Assembly (NCBI GenBank): GCA_947571515.1
Contig: CANOYI010000002.1
Location: forward strand, 1-40,885
Direction of reading: 5' to 3'
Length of the DNA: 40,885 nt
From: an uncultured Clostridium sp.
Lineage (GTDB): Bacteria > Bacillota > Clostridia > TANB77 > CAG-508
In this document: one piece after another, positions 31,913 to 40,769 of the stretch
Layout: each line of letters starts with the position of its first letter
Numbering within the stretch: the first letter of the stretch is position 1
The notes under the pieces: generated by a model
Told to the model about the DNA's origin: nothing
The model's input: the letters and a program-made list of their open reading frames with translations, nothing else
Database searches by the model: none
Made by a program: the position numbers and the translations under genes

Positions 31913-33622
31913 ATGGCATTTGATGGAATTGTGACCAAAGCAATTGCTTCGGAATTGCAACAACTAGCAGGAGCAAGAATTGACAAAATTTTTCAACCTA
32001 ATAAAAACACCATTTTATTAGGTTTTTATTTAGATGGTTCTAATTATTTATTAAACCTATGTACTGACGCACAAAACTATCGTATTCATCTAACAACCCA
32101 TGCAAAACCCAATCCTAAAATAGCTCCTAACTTTTGTATGGTACTTCGCAAACACCTACTAGGATTGCATATCAAAAGCATTACAACTAACAACTTAGAA
32201 AGATTAGTTGTAATTGATTTCGAAGGATTTGACGATGTTGATGATATTATTTCTAAAAGGCTAATTGTAGAATTGATGGGAAAACACTGCAATATCATTT
32301 TATTAGATGAACAAAATAGAATCATTGATAGTTTAAGACATATTCATAAGGAAGATAGTTCTAGGGATATTGTCCCTCATGTTAAATACACCTATCCTAC
32401 TACTACAAAATATAACTTTTTAGATTGTTTTCGTTTTGAAGATTTTTATGAAAAAGTTTCATCTTCATCGAAGGATGCTATTTATAATGTTTTTAATGGA
32501 ATTAGCAAATCTTTTATAGAAGCTTCTTTAAAACATCTTGGTATTGATGTGTTAAATGAAGATACTTTGAAAAAGCTTTACGAGCATATGAAGGAAATGA
32601 TCAATCGAACAGATAGTGATTTATTAGACTTTGCATTAATAGAGACTAAAAAACGAGATTATTTTCTAATAGAAGCGGAAAACTCTTCCTCTCCTTTTCA
32701 TTTAAACTTTTTTATCGATGACTTTTATCATGAAAAGGAAACTTCTGAGGAATTTAAAATCTATCGTGATAGTATTTTAAAAATGATTTTAGACCTTTTA
32801 AAAAAATATAAAAAGCGACTTTTCAATATTAATGAGAAACTAAATGCTTGTGAAGATATGGAAAAATACCAAATATATGGCGAACTTATAACAGCAAATT
32901 TATATCAAATTCCAAATAAAAACGTAAAAGAAATCACACTTGACAATTATTATGACAATCAAAAAATTACAATTCCTTTAGATGATAGATATTCTCCTTC
33001 TGTTAATGCCAAGCATTTCTTTAAAAAATATCATAAATTAAAAAATGCTTTAGAAATTGTAACTTTGCAAAAAGAAGAAACTAGGAAGGAACTAACTTAT
33101 ATTGAAAGTATTGTATACGAATTAGAAAATTGTTCTACCATAGAAGAAGTATCCGAAATCTTTGAAGAAATTTCTGAAAATATAATTTTTAAGGAAAAAA
33201 CCGAACATCTTAAAAACAAGAAAAAAGCAAAAGTGAAAAAATCTTCTCTCACCAAAAATAAAAATGTTTCTTTTAATCCTTTAAAATATACCATTGATAA
33301 CTATACTCTATTAGTTGGAAGAAACAACAAAGAAAATGACTACTTAACCTTAAAATATGCTAAAAAAACAGACTTATGGTTTCACACCAAAGACATTCAT
33401 GGTAGCCATGCTATCTTGCAAATAAATTCAGGTCAGTTGCCAACTGATACAATTTTAACCCAATGTGCCAAAATCGTTGCCTATCATAGCAAAGCCAAAA
33501 ATTCTTCTAATGTACCAGTGGACATCTGCGAAGTGAAATATGTAAAAAAACCAAATGGTGCCAAACCTGGTATGGTAATTTATAGCAATAATAAGACTTT
33601 CTATGTGAATCCCAAAAAATGA
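31913..33622 (+). CDS. rqcH: ribosome quality control factor RqcH (NFACT / FbpA family)
   Basis: 569 aa. NFACT-N start MAFDGIVTKAIASEL, coiled-coil middle, and NFACT-R LWFHTKDIHGSHAIL. Confidence 0.85.
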   Translation: MAFDGIVTKAIASELQQLAGARIDKIFQPNKNTILLGFYLDGSNYLLNLCTDAQNYRIHLTTHAKPNPKIAPNFCMVLRKHLLGLHIKSITTNNLERLVVIDFEGFDDVDDIISKRLIVELMGKHCNIILLDEQNRIIDSLRHIHKEDSSRDIVPHVKYTYPTTTKYNFLDCFRFEDFYEKVSSSSKDAIYNVFNGISKSFIEASLKHLGIDVLNEDTLKKLYEHMKEMINRTDSDLLDFALIETKKRDYFLIEAENSSSPFHLNFFIDDFYHEKETSEEFKIYRDSILKMILDLLKKYKKRLFNINEKLNACEDMEKYQIYGELITANLYQIPNKNVKEITLDNYYDNQKITIPLDDRYSPSVNAKHFFKKYHKLKNALEIVTLQKEETRKELTYIESIVYELENCSTIEEVSEIFEEISENIIFKEKTEHLKNKKKAKVKKSSLTKNKNVSFNPLKYTIDNYTLLVGRNNKENDYLTLKYAKKTDLWFHTKDIHGSHAILQINSGQLPTDTILTQCAKIVAYHSKAKNSSNVPVDICEVKYVKKPNGAKPGMVIYSNNKTFYVNPKK

Positions 33623-33738
33623 GACAAGGGGGACAGGTTTCTTTTGTCTCATAAATCAAGTCGAAAAATGTCAAAAAATAAATGAACTAAAAAACGACAA
33701 AAAATATGAGACAGTTTAAACCTGTCCCCCTTGTCTCA
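33620..33738. repeat. REPIN-like inverted doublet, second family (gagacaaggggg type)
   Basis: tgagacaagggggacaggttt (33620-33640) pairs perfectly with aaacctgtcccccttgtctca (33718-33738). The first TGA is the rqcH stop codon. Confidence 0.75.
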
Positions 33739-33757
33739 CATTCTCTCTCATCTCGAT

Positions 33758-33786
33758 TTGCAAATTATGTAAAATTATAGTATAAT
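33758..33786 (+). promoter_or_regulatory. sigma-A promoter for ORF 33902
   Basis: TTGCAA, 17 nt, TATAAT. Confidence 0.6.
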
Positions 33787-33901
33787 TATGTTGATATAGT
33801 TAGTATTTTTATATCATTCCAGGTACTAATTAGTACTTGATTTTCCTTGGACTTTAGTACAAACAAATTGAACAGGCACCAAATTTAAGGAGGGAATTAT
33901 T

Positions 33902-34315
33902 ATGAATGTAAAAGATGTTAAAAAGTTACCATGGGTATCAATTGAAGACTGGTCAGATTTGCCAGCAACTGCGATAGCTGGTGGATACGGAGTAGCAGCC
34001 ATGCAATACAATGTATCAGAGGAAAACATAGATACATTTATTACAAGCATCTATTGTGAAATATCACGTAAGTTACAAATTTCTTATGATACATTAGAGT
34101 CCCTTTTGCGGGAAGAAAACAGAGCTTTTTACTCATTTAAAAGTCAACTTTTTTCCAAGTTTAGCAATTGGTGTAAAAACGATCCTAAATTACTAAGTTT
34201 AGAAAAAATGCTCCGAATCCCTGCTACTGACTCTGTTGAAACCTGTTTGGAAGTATTTAAAAAACTTTCTGATAGTGAAAAATCTGAATTTTTGCAAAAA
34301 ATCGAACAATACTAA
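33902..34315 (+). CDS. hypothetical protein
   Basis: 137-aa ORF with AAGGAGGG RBS. No family recognised. Confidence 0.6.
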   Translation: MNVKDVKKLPWVSIEDWSDLPATAIAGGYGVAAMQYNVSEENIDTFITSIYCEISRKLQISYDTLESLLREENRAFYSFKSQLFSKFSNWCKNDPKLLSLEKMLRIPATDSVETCLEVFKKLSDSEKSEFLQKIEQY

Positions 34316-34344
34316 CATCTTTAAGATTAAGAAAAATTTTTTCT

Positions 34345-34367
34345 TCCCCTCATATCTCATATGAGGG
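34345..34367 (+). terminator. putative terminator of ORF 33902
   Basis: cccctcata-tctca-tatgagggg 9-bp stem followed by gctttctt. Confidence 0.5.
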
Positions 34368-34377
34368 GGCTTTCTTA

Positions 34378-34449
34378 TTCGAATGTAAAAAAATCAACTA
34401 AAAAACGACAAAAAATATGAGACAGTTTAAACCTGTCCCCCTTGTCTCA
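34378..34449. repeat. partial second copy of the gagaca-type element (interior plus right end)
   Basis: aactaaaaaacgacaaaaaatatgagacagtttaaacctgtcccccttgtctca is identical to 33686-33738. It encodes the last 7 codons and the stop of the MFS-like gene. Confidence 0.7.
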
Positions 34450-35623
34450 TCATACTCCTTTGTAACTTTATTGAACTATTGGCAAATAAAATCAAGAACA
34501 CGACAAAAAGCATAATGATTATATTAGAATTCGTATAAGCCATTAAAATAAATATACTATTGCCTATTATTCTACCAATAACCAGATAAGTCTCAAATGT
34601 TAACCAATACTCAACTTTATATTCTTTTTTAATTTTCTCAATATTACATAAATTTGCTTGGTTACTATTGTTTACTAACTCCATCATTGTCTTTGATATC
34701 GTTTGAAATAAATTAAACAAAATGATAGTTATTGTATTACATTTAAAAATCATAAAACATAAAGATATTACTGTTAATGTTGTAGAAATTTTAATAGTCG
34801 GTATATACTGTTCTTTTTTGATAAACTTTGCAAATAAAATTCCTATTATAGAAGTAATAACACTAAATATCGATGTAAAAATCCCTAAACTAAAACTGTT
34901 AGAAAATACTTTTATAATATATATTGTAACGATATACGAAAAAGCACCTTCTGAATAAGTAATACCATTAAAAATCTCAGTTTTTCCTAATTGCTTAAAT
35001 CTCTTATCCTTTTTGGTAAGTTTAAAATACTCTTTAAAATTAACTTTATTACTCTGTGGAATGTTTGTATCTTTAAAAATAAAGGATAATATGATTCTTA
35101 ATACCACAATGATTAAAACAATCATCAAGCTTTTCAAAAATCCTGTGGCATAAATTAAACTTCCAAATAGTAACGGAAATAGAATCGATAAAACCGATTG
35201 TGTTGCTGTACAAGTACCTATGAATTTCGCTCTTTCTTCATTCTTAACGCCATCTGTTTCAAGCATATTATAAACAGAGTAATAAAAGCCTTCTTCTAGC
35301 CCATATAATAATCCAACTAAATAGATATAATCTATTATTTTATCTTTTAACAAGATAATCGTTAAAAAATATATAAAATCTAATAGCATTCCTATTCTCA
35401 TTAGATTAACTCTATGGCTTGACTTAGCTAAATTTCTGGTTAAAAACATTACACTATAAATAGAAACTACCGCAACTAATTTATAAATTCCTAATGGTAA
35501 GATATTATGTTCTGATACATCTAAAAAATATAATACCAAAAAACTATCAACAAAACTTGCTAATATTCGTTTTAGTATTCTTAAATTAAATAAGACTTTG
35601 TAATTATCAATTTGCATATCCAT
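34427..35623 (-). CDS. MFS-like polytopic membrane transporter
   Basis: 398 aa with about 10-12 TM segments. The family assignment is tentative. Confidence 0.65.
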   Translation of the reverse strand: MDMQIDNYKVLFNLRILKRILASFVDSFLVLYFLDVSEHNILPLGIYKLVAVVSIYSVMFLTRNLAKSSHRVNLMRIGMLLDFIYFLTIILLKDKIIDYIYLVGLLYGLEEGFYYSVYNMLETDGVKNEERAKFIGTCTATQSVLSILFPLLFGSLIYATGFLKSLMIVLIIVVLRIILSFIFKDTNIPQSNKVNFKEYFKLTKKDKRFKQLGKTEIFNGITYSEGAFSYIVTIYIIKVFSNSFSLGIFTSIFSVITSIIGILFAKFIKKEQYIPTIKISTTLTVISLCFMIFKCNTITIILFNLFQTISKTMMELVNNSNQANLCNIEKIKKEYKVEYWLTFETYLVIGRIIGNSIFILMAYTNSNIIIMLFVVFLILFANSSIKLQRSMMRQGGQV

Positions 35624-35674
35624 TGTTTCGTTTATTGCTCCTTTTATTTTATCATTTAATTTATTTTTACTTCA

Positions 35675-35703
35675 TTGACAAAGAAAGTAAAATATTGTAT
35701 ATT
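35675..35703 (+). promoter_or_regulatory. promoter of toxin mRNA 1
   Basis: TTGACA, 17 nt, TATATT. Confidence 0.7.
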
Positions 35704-35740
35704 GTACTTGCCTTTCTACAAAGGTAGAAAGGAGGTACAT

Positions 35741-35809
35741 ATGAACAACTTCTTGAAATTGCTAAAACTTTATTTGATTTACTTAATTGTAAAACATTTA
35801 AGTGATTAG
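35741..35809 (+). CDS. type I toxin-like 22-aa hydrophobic peptide (module 1)
   Basis: MNNFLKLLKLYLIYLIVKHLSD. AGGAGG lies 5 nt upstream and is partly buried in the 9-bp hairpin cctttctac/gtagaaagg (35711-35732). Confidence 0.65.
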   Translation: MNNFLKLLKLYLIYLIVKHLSD

Positions 35810-35814
35810 CAAAG

Positions 35815-35887
35815 AAAAAAGACTAGGTATGCTTGCGGCTCCTAGTCTTTTTTTATACATATTGAACAACTTCTTTCGCAATTGCTA
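35815..35887 (-). ncRNA. convergent antisense antitoxin RNA 1 (predicted ~70 nt)
   Basis: The minus-strand promoter is TTGACA (35916-35921), 17 nt, TAATAT (35893-35898). It shares the bidirectional terminator gactagg...cctagtc (35815-35854). Its 5' end is complementary to the toxin start region 35737-35762. Confidence 0.6.
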
Positions 35888-35972
35888 ACTATATATTAGC
35901 ACATATTTTATTCTATGTCAAATAATGGATTTTATTCGTACCATTCGTTTTATTTAATTAATTTTTACTTTG

Positions 35973-36001
35973 TTGACAAAAAAAGTAAAATATTGTATAT
36001 T
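35973..36001 (+). promoter_or_regulatory. promoter of toxin mRNA 2
   Basis: TTGACA, 17 nt, TATATT. Confidence 0.7.
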
Positions 36002-36038
36002 GTACTTACCTTTCTGCAAAGGTAGAAAGGAGGTTTTT

Positions 36039-36107
36039 ATGAAAAACTTACAAAAGCTACTAAAACTTTATTTGATTTACTTAATCGTAAAACATTTAAG
36101 TGAGTAG
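36039..36107 (+). CDS. type I toxin-like 22-aa hydrophobic peptide (module 2)
   Basis: MKNLQKLLKLYLIYLIVKHLSE. Same RBS-hairpin arrangement as module 1, with one G-U pair. Confidence 0.65.
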   Translation: MKNLQKLLKLYLIYLIVKHLSE

Positions 36108-36114
36108 CAAAAGG

Positions 36115-36186
36115 AAAAAGACTAGGAAAGATTTAGATGACTCCTAGTCTTTTTTACTTTATGAAAAACTTGCTTTGCAATTGCTA
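36115..36186 (-). ncRNA. convergent antisense antitoxin RNA 2 (predicted ~70 nt)
   Basis: The minus-strand promoter is TTGACA (36215-36220), 17 nt, TAATAT (36192-36197). It shares the bidirectional terminator gactagga...tcctagtc (36115-36155). Its 5' end is complementary to 36036-36049. Confidence 0.6.
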
Positions 36187-36280
36187 ACTATATATTAGCA
36201 CATATTTTATTCTATGTCAAATAATGGATTTTATTCACCAATATGAAACAAATAAGTCCTTCCCCTTGTCCTTGTTTCAC

Positions 36281-36318
36281 GTCCCCATTTAATCCTGGAA
36301 CCAGTGGGGACATTTTTT
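36281..36318. repeat. GGGGAC hairpin with T-run
   Basis: gtcccca/tggggac stem. cagtggggacatttttt resembles 9893-9912. Confidence 0.5.
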
Positions 36319-36790
36319 ACCAAAAAATTAAAAATGTCAAAGCTGTTGCTAATAGAACTTCTCCCTTTGTCAATTCCTTTGGTAAAATCTCTAATTCACC
36401 ACCTGGTTCCTTTTCCTTTACCGTATCTATCTTGTAATATGCGACATCATTCGCTCTAAAAAGAACTTCAAAAGGCTGTGTTTCGGTATTATCCTTGTTT
36501 TCTATTTCTACATAACTTTTTCCTACCAATACATCTCTTTTGGTATATAATTCAATCTTTAAATACTTGCCTTGTATCTTTCCAGTATCTTTTATCATTC
36601 CTCTAATTCTTCCATTGACATAAGTGGCATCTGCTTGATAGACCACAACTTGTGAATTTTGATCTTGCCTTTGTATGTCTTTATAAGTAGAATTGATTCC
36701 TACATAAATTAGAAAATCTGAAAGTACATATACCCCTACTAAGATCAATACCCATATTACAATTTTTACTCTTGTATCGAACTTTTCCAT
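36317..36790 (-). CDS. N-terminally membrane-anchored hypothetical protein
   Basis: 157 aa with TM VKIVIWVLILVGVYVLSDFLIYV followed by a beta-rich domain. Confidence 0.6.
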   Translation of the reverse strand: MEKFDTRVKIVIWVLILVGVYVLSDFLIYVGINSTYKDIQRQDQNSQVVVYQADATYVNGRIRGMIKDTGKIQGKYLKIELYTKRDVLVGKSYVEIENKDNTETQPFEVLFRANDVAYYKIDTVKEKEPGGELEILPKELTKGEVLLATALTFLIFW

Positions 36791-36884
36791 TTTATTTTCC
36801 TCATTTCTTCATTTTCTTAATCCATATTTTTCAAACTATCTGTATTATACCAGATTTTGCCTACTAATTCAACACTTCCTTTTA

Positions 36885-37125
36885 TTCAAGTTTCGACTTT
36901 TTGCAATTGAGGGGTTGTAATATATCATTTTTTTACACTTTGTGTGTCGCAACCTTCCTTTATTAAGAAAGGTTGGTTGCTCCAATGCTACTTGCTTTGC
37001 TCGTTTTGCTGTCCACTGTTAAAGCTTTGCTTGTTACAGTGGCAGTATGCAGTAGCTGGTCGCTTACGCAGTGTTGCAAAAATGATATATTACAACCCCT
37101 CAATTGCAAAAAGTCGAAACTTAAA
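36885..37125 (-). mobile_element. apex-core element, copy 3 (inverted orientation), 241 bp with ~48-bp terminal inverted repeats and a 9-bp flanking direct repeat
   Basis: A 45-bp perfect IR runs 36888-36932 and 37078-37122. TTCCTTTTA occurs at 36876-36884 and again at 37126-37134. The core is the reverse complement of copies 1 and 2. Confidence 0.75.
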
Positions 37126-37158
37126 TTCCTTTTAAGTTCATTTTTCAGAAACCAATAC

Positions 37159-40100
37159 TTACACTTCTATCTCTTTTCCCAAAAAAGTCGAATAAATAAA
37201 CACATGATTCACTTTTTTATGCAAAGCATTTTCTAAAGCCCTTTGGTACAATTCCAATTGTTTTTTATACTTATCTACTAACTCTTGTTCTGTTTGAACA
37301 AAATCTGTCTTGTAATCCACCAAAATCAGTTCATCTTGTCCATTGATATAATACAAATCAATCATTCCCTGTACCAATATGTTTTCTGGCACATCCTCTT
37401 GATAAACCTCTTTGGCTGGTATCGTAATATAAAACGGTTTTTCTTTCTGAATTTCTTTAGCTTGTTTTATATCTTGCCAGATTTTTGACTGTGTAAATTT
37501 TAGAACAGCAGTTGGATTAATATGATCTGCCTCTTTTGAAGTAATCATTTCTTTGTCCACCATATCATGAATTAATTCTTTTACCTTCTCTAAGGTATAT
37601 TCAATTTTTTCGTCTAATTTTTGCATACATAAATGTAATAGTGTTCCTTTCTGTGCTCCTGTAAGTTTAATTTCCTTCTCTTGCTTTGTAAATTTAGGAG
37701 CTGGAAAACTAACTTCAATTTGTTCTTCTTCTCTTTGTTTTATCTTCGTAACAGAAGATTTTGTAGGGATTTTAGTGGATAACTCATAAGCATAGGTATC
37801 CTTTAAGGTACTTGCTATTTTAGCTATTTCTTCCTCATCTATTTTATGTTCTTCCATCATCTCTAATAAATTGATATTTTCTTCTTCTCTTTTTTCGCAA
37901 AAATCTAGTACGTCCTTTTTCGTATAGGTCTTTAAGTCTACTATTGTCTCAACTTGTGACGGTTCATAAAAATACACTAACAAAATCCAATCGATATATT
38001 TGATATACTTTTTCACTAAAATGGGATTGATTTTTTGATTTTGTTTTTGATATCTCTCAATTTGCTGCAACAGCTTTTCTTTCTGTTTTTCAAAATCTTT
38101 TTTGATTCCTGTTATAATAAGTTTTTCTTTGGCTCTTGTCAAAGCAACATACAAGATTCTCATTTCTTCTGATAAGGTTTCTATAAAAGTTTGATTGCGA
38201 ATCGCTCTTTTGCTCAATGTATCATATTGTACTTGTTTTTCATAATCAATATATTTCACACCGAATGCCTAATTCTTGATGTAACAATATATTTTGATTT
38301 AAATCCATTAGATTAAATTGTTTTCCTGTGCTTGCTAAAAACACAACTGGAAATTCTAGCCCTTTACTTTTATGAATACTCATAATTCTAACAACATTAT
38401 CATTTTCTCCTATGATTTTAGCAGCTCCCATATCTCCACTGCTTAATCTTAGTTTTTCGATAAAATGAATAAAATTGTATAATCCTTTAAAACTTGCTGT
38501 TTCATACTGTTTGGCTCTTTCAAACAACATTCTTAAATTTGCTTGTCGCAATTGTCCATTTGGCATTAAACCTGCATAATGATAATATCCTGTATCAGAA
38601 TAAATTTTCCAAATCAACTCATCTAATGCTAAATATTCTTGTTCTTTTCGCCATTGTGCTAAACTTTTTAAAAAGTTTTCTATTTTATTTTTTAAATCCT
38701 TCTCTACAGAAAGCTTGGCTTTTTGTAAGCAAGCATAAAAGTTATCTTGTTTGTCTGCTAGACGAATTTGAATTAGTTCGTCATCAGTAAATTTGCCAAT
38801 ACTAGACCTCATAACCGTTACTAATGGAATGTCTTGGATTGGATTATCAATAATTTTTAGTAAACTGATTACAGTCTGAATTTCAATGGAATCCAAATAT
38901 TCTTGTGAACTGTCGGAAAATACAGGCATTTGCAAATTCAATATTTCTTGTTCATAGAGCGGTGCTACATTGCTAGTACTTCTTAATAAAATTACAATGT
39001 CTTTATATTGAAGAGCTCGATATTTCTCTTGTTTTTTGTCCCACACTTGAAATTTATTTTCTATTAATTTCTGTATTTTATTGGCTACAAATTTAGCTTC
39101 TAACTCTACATCTGCTATATTTTCTTCTTGCTGTTCTTTCCTTTCTTCTGTTGTTTCTGTTGGTTCTTCTGCTTCCACTACTGTTTCTATTGCTTCTTCG
39201 GTTTCCTCCTCAGCCACAGAATCGATGACATGAATTTCGATTTTTTCATCTTGATTAATTTTGGGGTAATTTGCTCCCAAATTCAAAAATTCCTCTTCGT
39301 TGTAATGAATGTCTCCCAATGTTTTGCTCATAATATCTGCAAAAATTAAATTAGTAAATTGTAAAATGTTTTGCTTACTTCTAAAGTTTTTGAATAACTG
39401 AATTTTCAAGTCTTGTTCTGGTTCTTTTGTTTCCTTTTTTTGATAGGTTTCGTATTTATGTAAAAACAGTTCTGGCATAGCTTGTCTAAATTTATAAATA
39501 CTTTGCTTGACATCTCCTACCATAAAAATATTGTTATTTCTAGATATAGCAGTTAATATATATTCTTGTACCAGATTACTATCTTGGTACTCATCAATAG
39601 CGATTTCTTCAAATTTGTTTTGATATTTTTTTGCTACTTCACTCGCATTTAATAGGATGTCTAAGGCAAAATGCTCGATATCACTAAAATCTACGATATT
39701 TTTTTCTCTCTTTCGTTTCGTAAATTCTTTTTCAAATGCTAAAATTAGATTTTGTAATTTTACCAAAATCGGATACATATCATAAATATCTTGATTGGCT
39801 TCTTGTGAATTACAAATTAGTATCTTGTCCAATACTTTGGCTAATTTCTTTTTTACTTCATCTCTGATTTCTTTTGCCTTATCTTTGCTTTCTGATTCCA
39901 CCTTTTGTCTTGGCCAAGTTACAAATTTTAGGTTTCCGAGCTATTTCATAAGCTTTGTCCCAATGATTTAAGCTGTTTTTTAATTCTTCTAGTTGCTGGA
40001 TGTCACTTCTAATGGTTTGATAAAATTTTTCTAGTTCTGGTTCCTTAGACAAATCTTGTTTTACTTTTTCTAACATAGTAATATCATCGATTAATTCTTC

Positions 40101-40769
40101 TTTGACTTCTTGCAATAAAATATTCCCCCAAGATGTTTGACTAAAATCTTCTTCTAGTTTCCCATCTAAATTAAACATTTCTATTTTTTCTGATAACCAT
40201 TTTTGCGGAAATGGATTGCTTTGTATGTAAGAATGTATTTTTAAAACTAAATCTTTTAGTGGTGTGTCATCTCTGTAACTGGTGTATACATTGATTAATT
40301 TCGTAAAATCGCTATCCTCTGTTTCATATTTTTCTTCAAAAATGTCTTCGATTACTTCTTGTTTTAATAATTCCATTTCTGTTGTGTCTGCAATCCTAAA
40401 ATTAGGTGATATACTTTCTAATTCGTAAAAATTGTTTCGTACTACTTCTAAACAGAAAGAGTCAATGGTACAAATGTTAGCTTTGTTTAATAAGGTTACT
40501 TGCCTTTGTAAGTTTTCGTCTTCTGGGGTTTCTTCTAGTTTTTGATAAATGGCATTTAAGACTCTTTCTCTCATTTCGGATGCTGCACTGTTGGTAAAGG
40601 TTACGACTAATAGTTTGTCAATGTCTACTTTGTCTTGTATGATTTTGTTGATAATTCTTTCTACTAATACGGCTGTTTTTCCGCTTCCAGCAGCTGCTGC
40701 TACTAATATGTTGCTTCCTTTTTCGTAGATGGCGTCTTGCTGTTCTGGTGTCCAGTTTACTTGGCTCAT
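37159..40769 (-). pseudogene. addA: ATP-dependent helicase/nuclease subunit A (AddA), interrupted by two frameshifts
   Basis: Three consecutive overlapping ORFs of 296, 551 and 366 aa. Together they contain AAAGSGKT, DEYQD, UvrD-type helicase motifs and the RecB nuclease motif LVDYKTD. Confidence 0.85.

Noticed and set aside
8137-34958. Other short ORFs antisense to long genes: 3964..4164, 4289..4498, 8137..8343, 8688..8894, 9132..9389, 9867..10055, 10784..11035, 15511..15738, 19739..19999, 20501..20872, 21761..21967, 22928..23823 group, 23842..24096, 24676..24873, 25526..25801, 26798..27913 group, 28573..28836, 29892..30095, 30643..30882, 32086..32325, 33097..33294, 33455..33652, 33826..34050, 34722..34958
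   Set aside because: Each lies inside or opposite a longer ORF with recognisable motifs. Each lacks an RBS and has the biased composition expected from the reverse frame of AT-rich coding DNA.
12695-37125. Integron attC sites as an explanation for imperfect palindromes at the 3' ends of co-directional genes
   Set aside because: The flanking genes are core housekeeping genes (nrdD, addA, smpB). There are no R'/R'' GTTRRRY-type boundaries and no integrase.
36944-37236. Plus-strand ORFs of 63 and 87 aa (36944..37135 and 36973..37236) inside apex-core copy 3
   Set aside because: They run through a repeat. The other two copies of that repeat do not keep comparable ORFs long enough to appear in the track. 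There is no RBS, and one ORF runs antisense into addA. I treat them as non-coding.
36243-39349. Plus-strand ORFs 36243..36437, 37285..37488, 38494..38790 and 39128..39349
   Set aside because: They are antisense to the 157-aa membrane protein gene or to addA. They have no RBS and give low-complexity translations.
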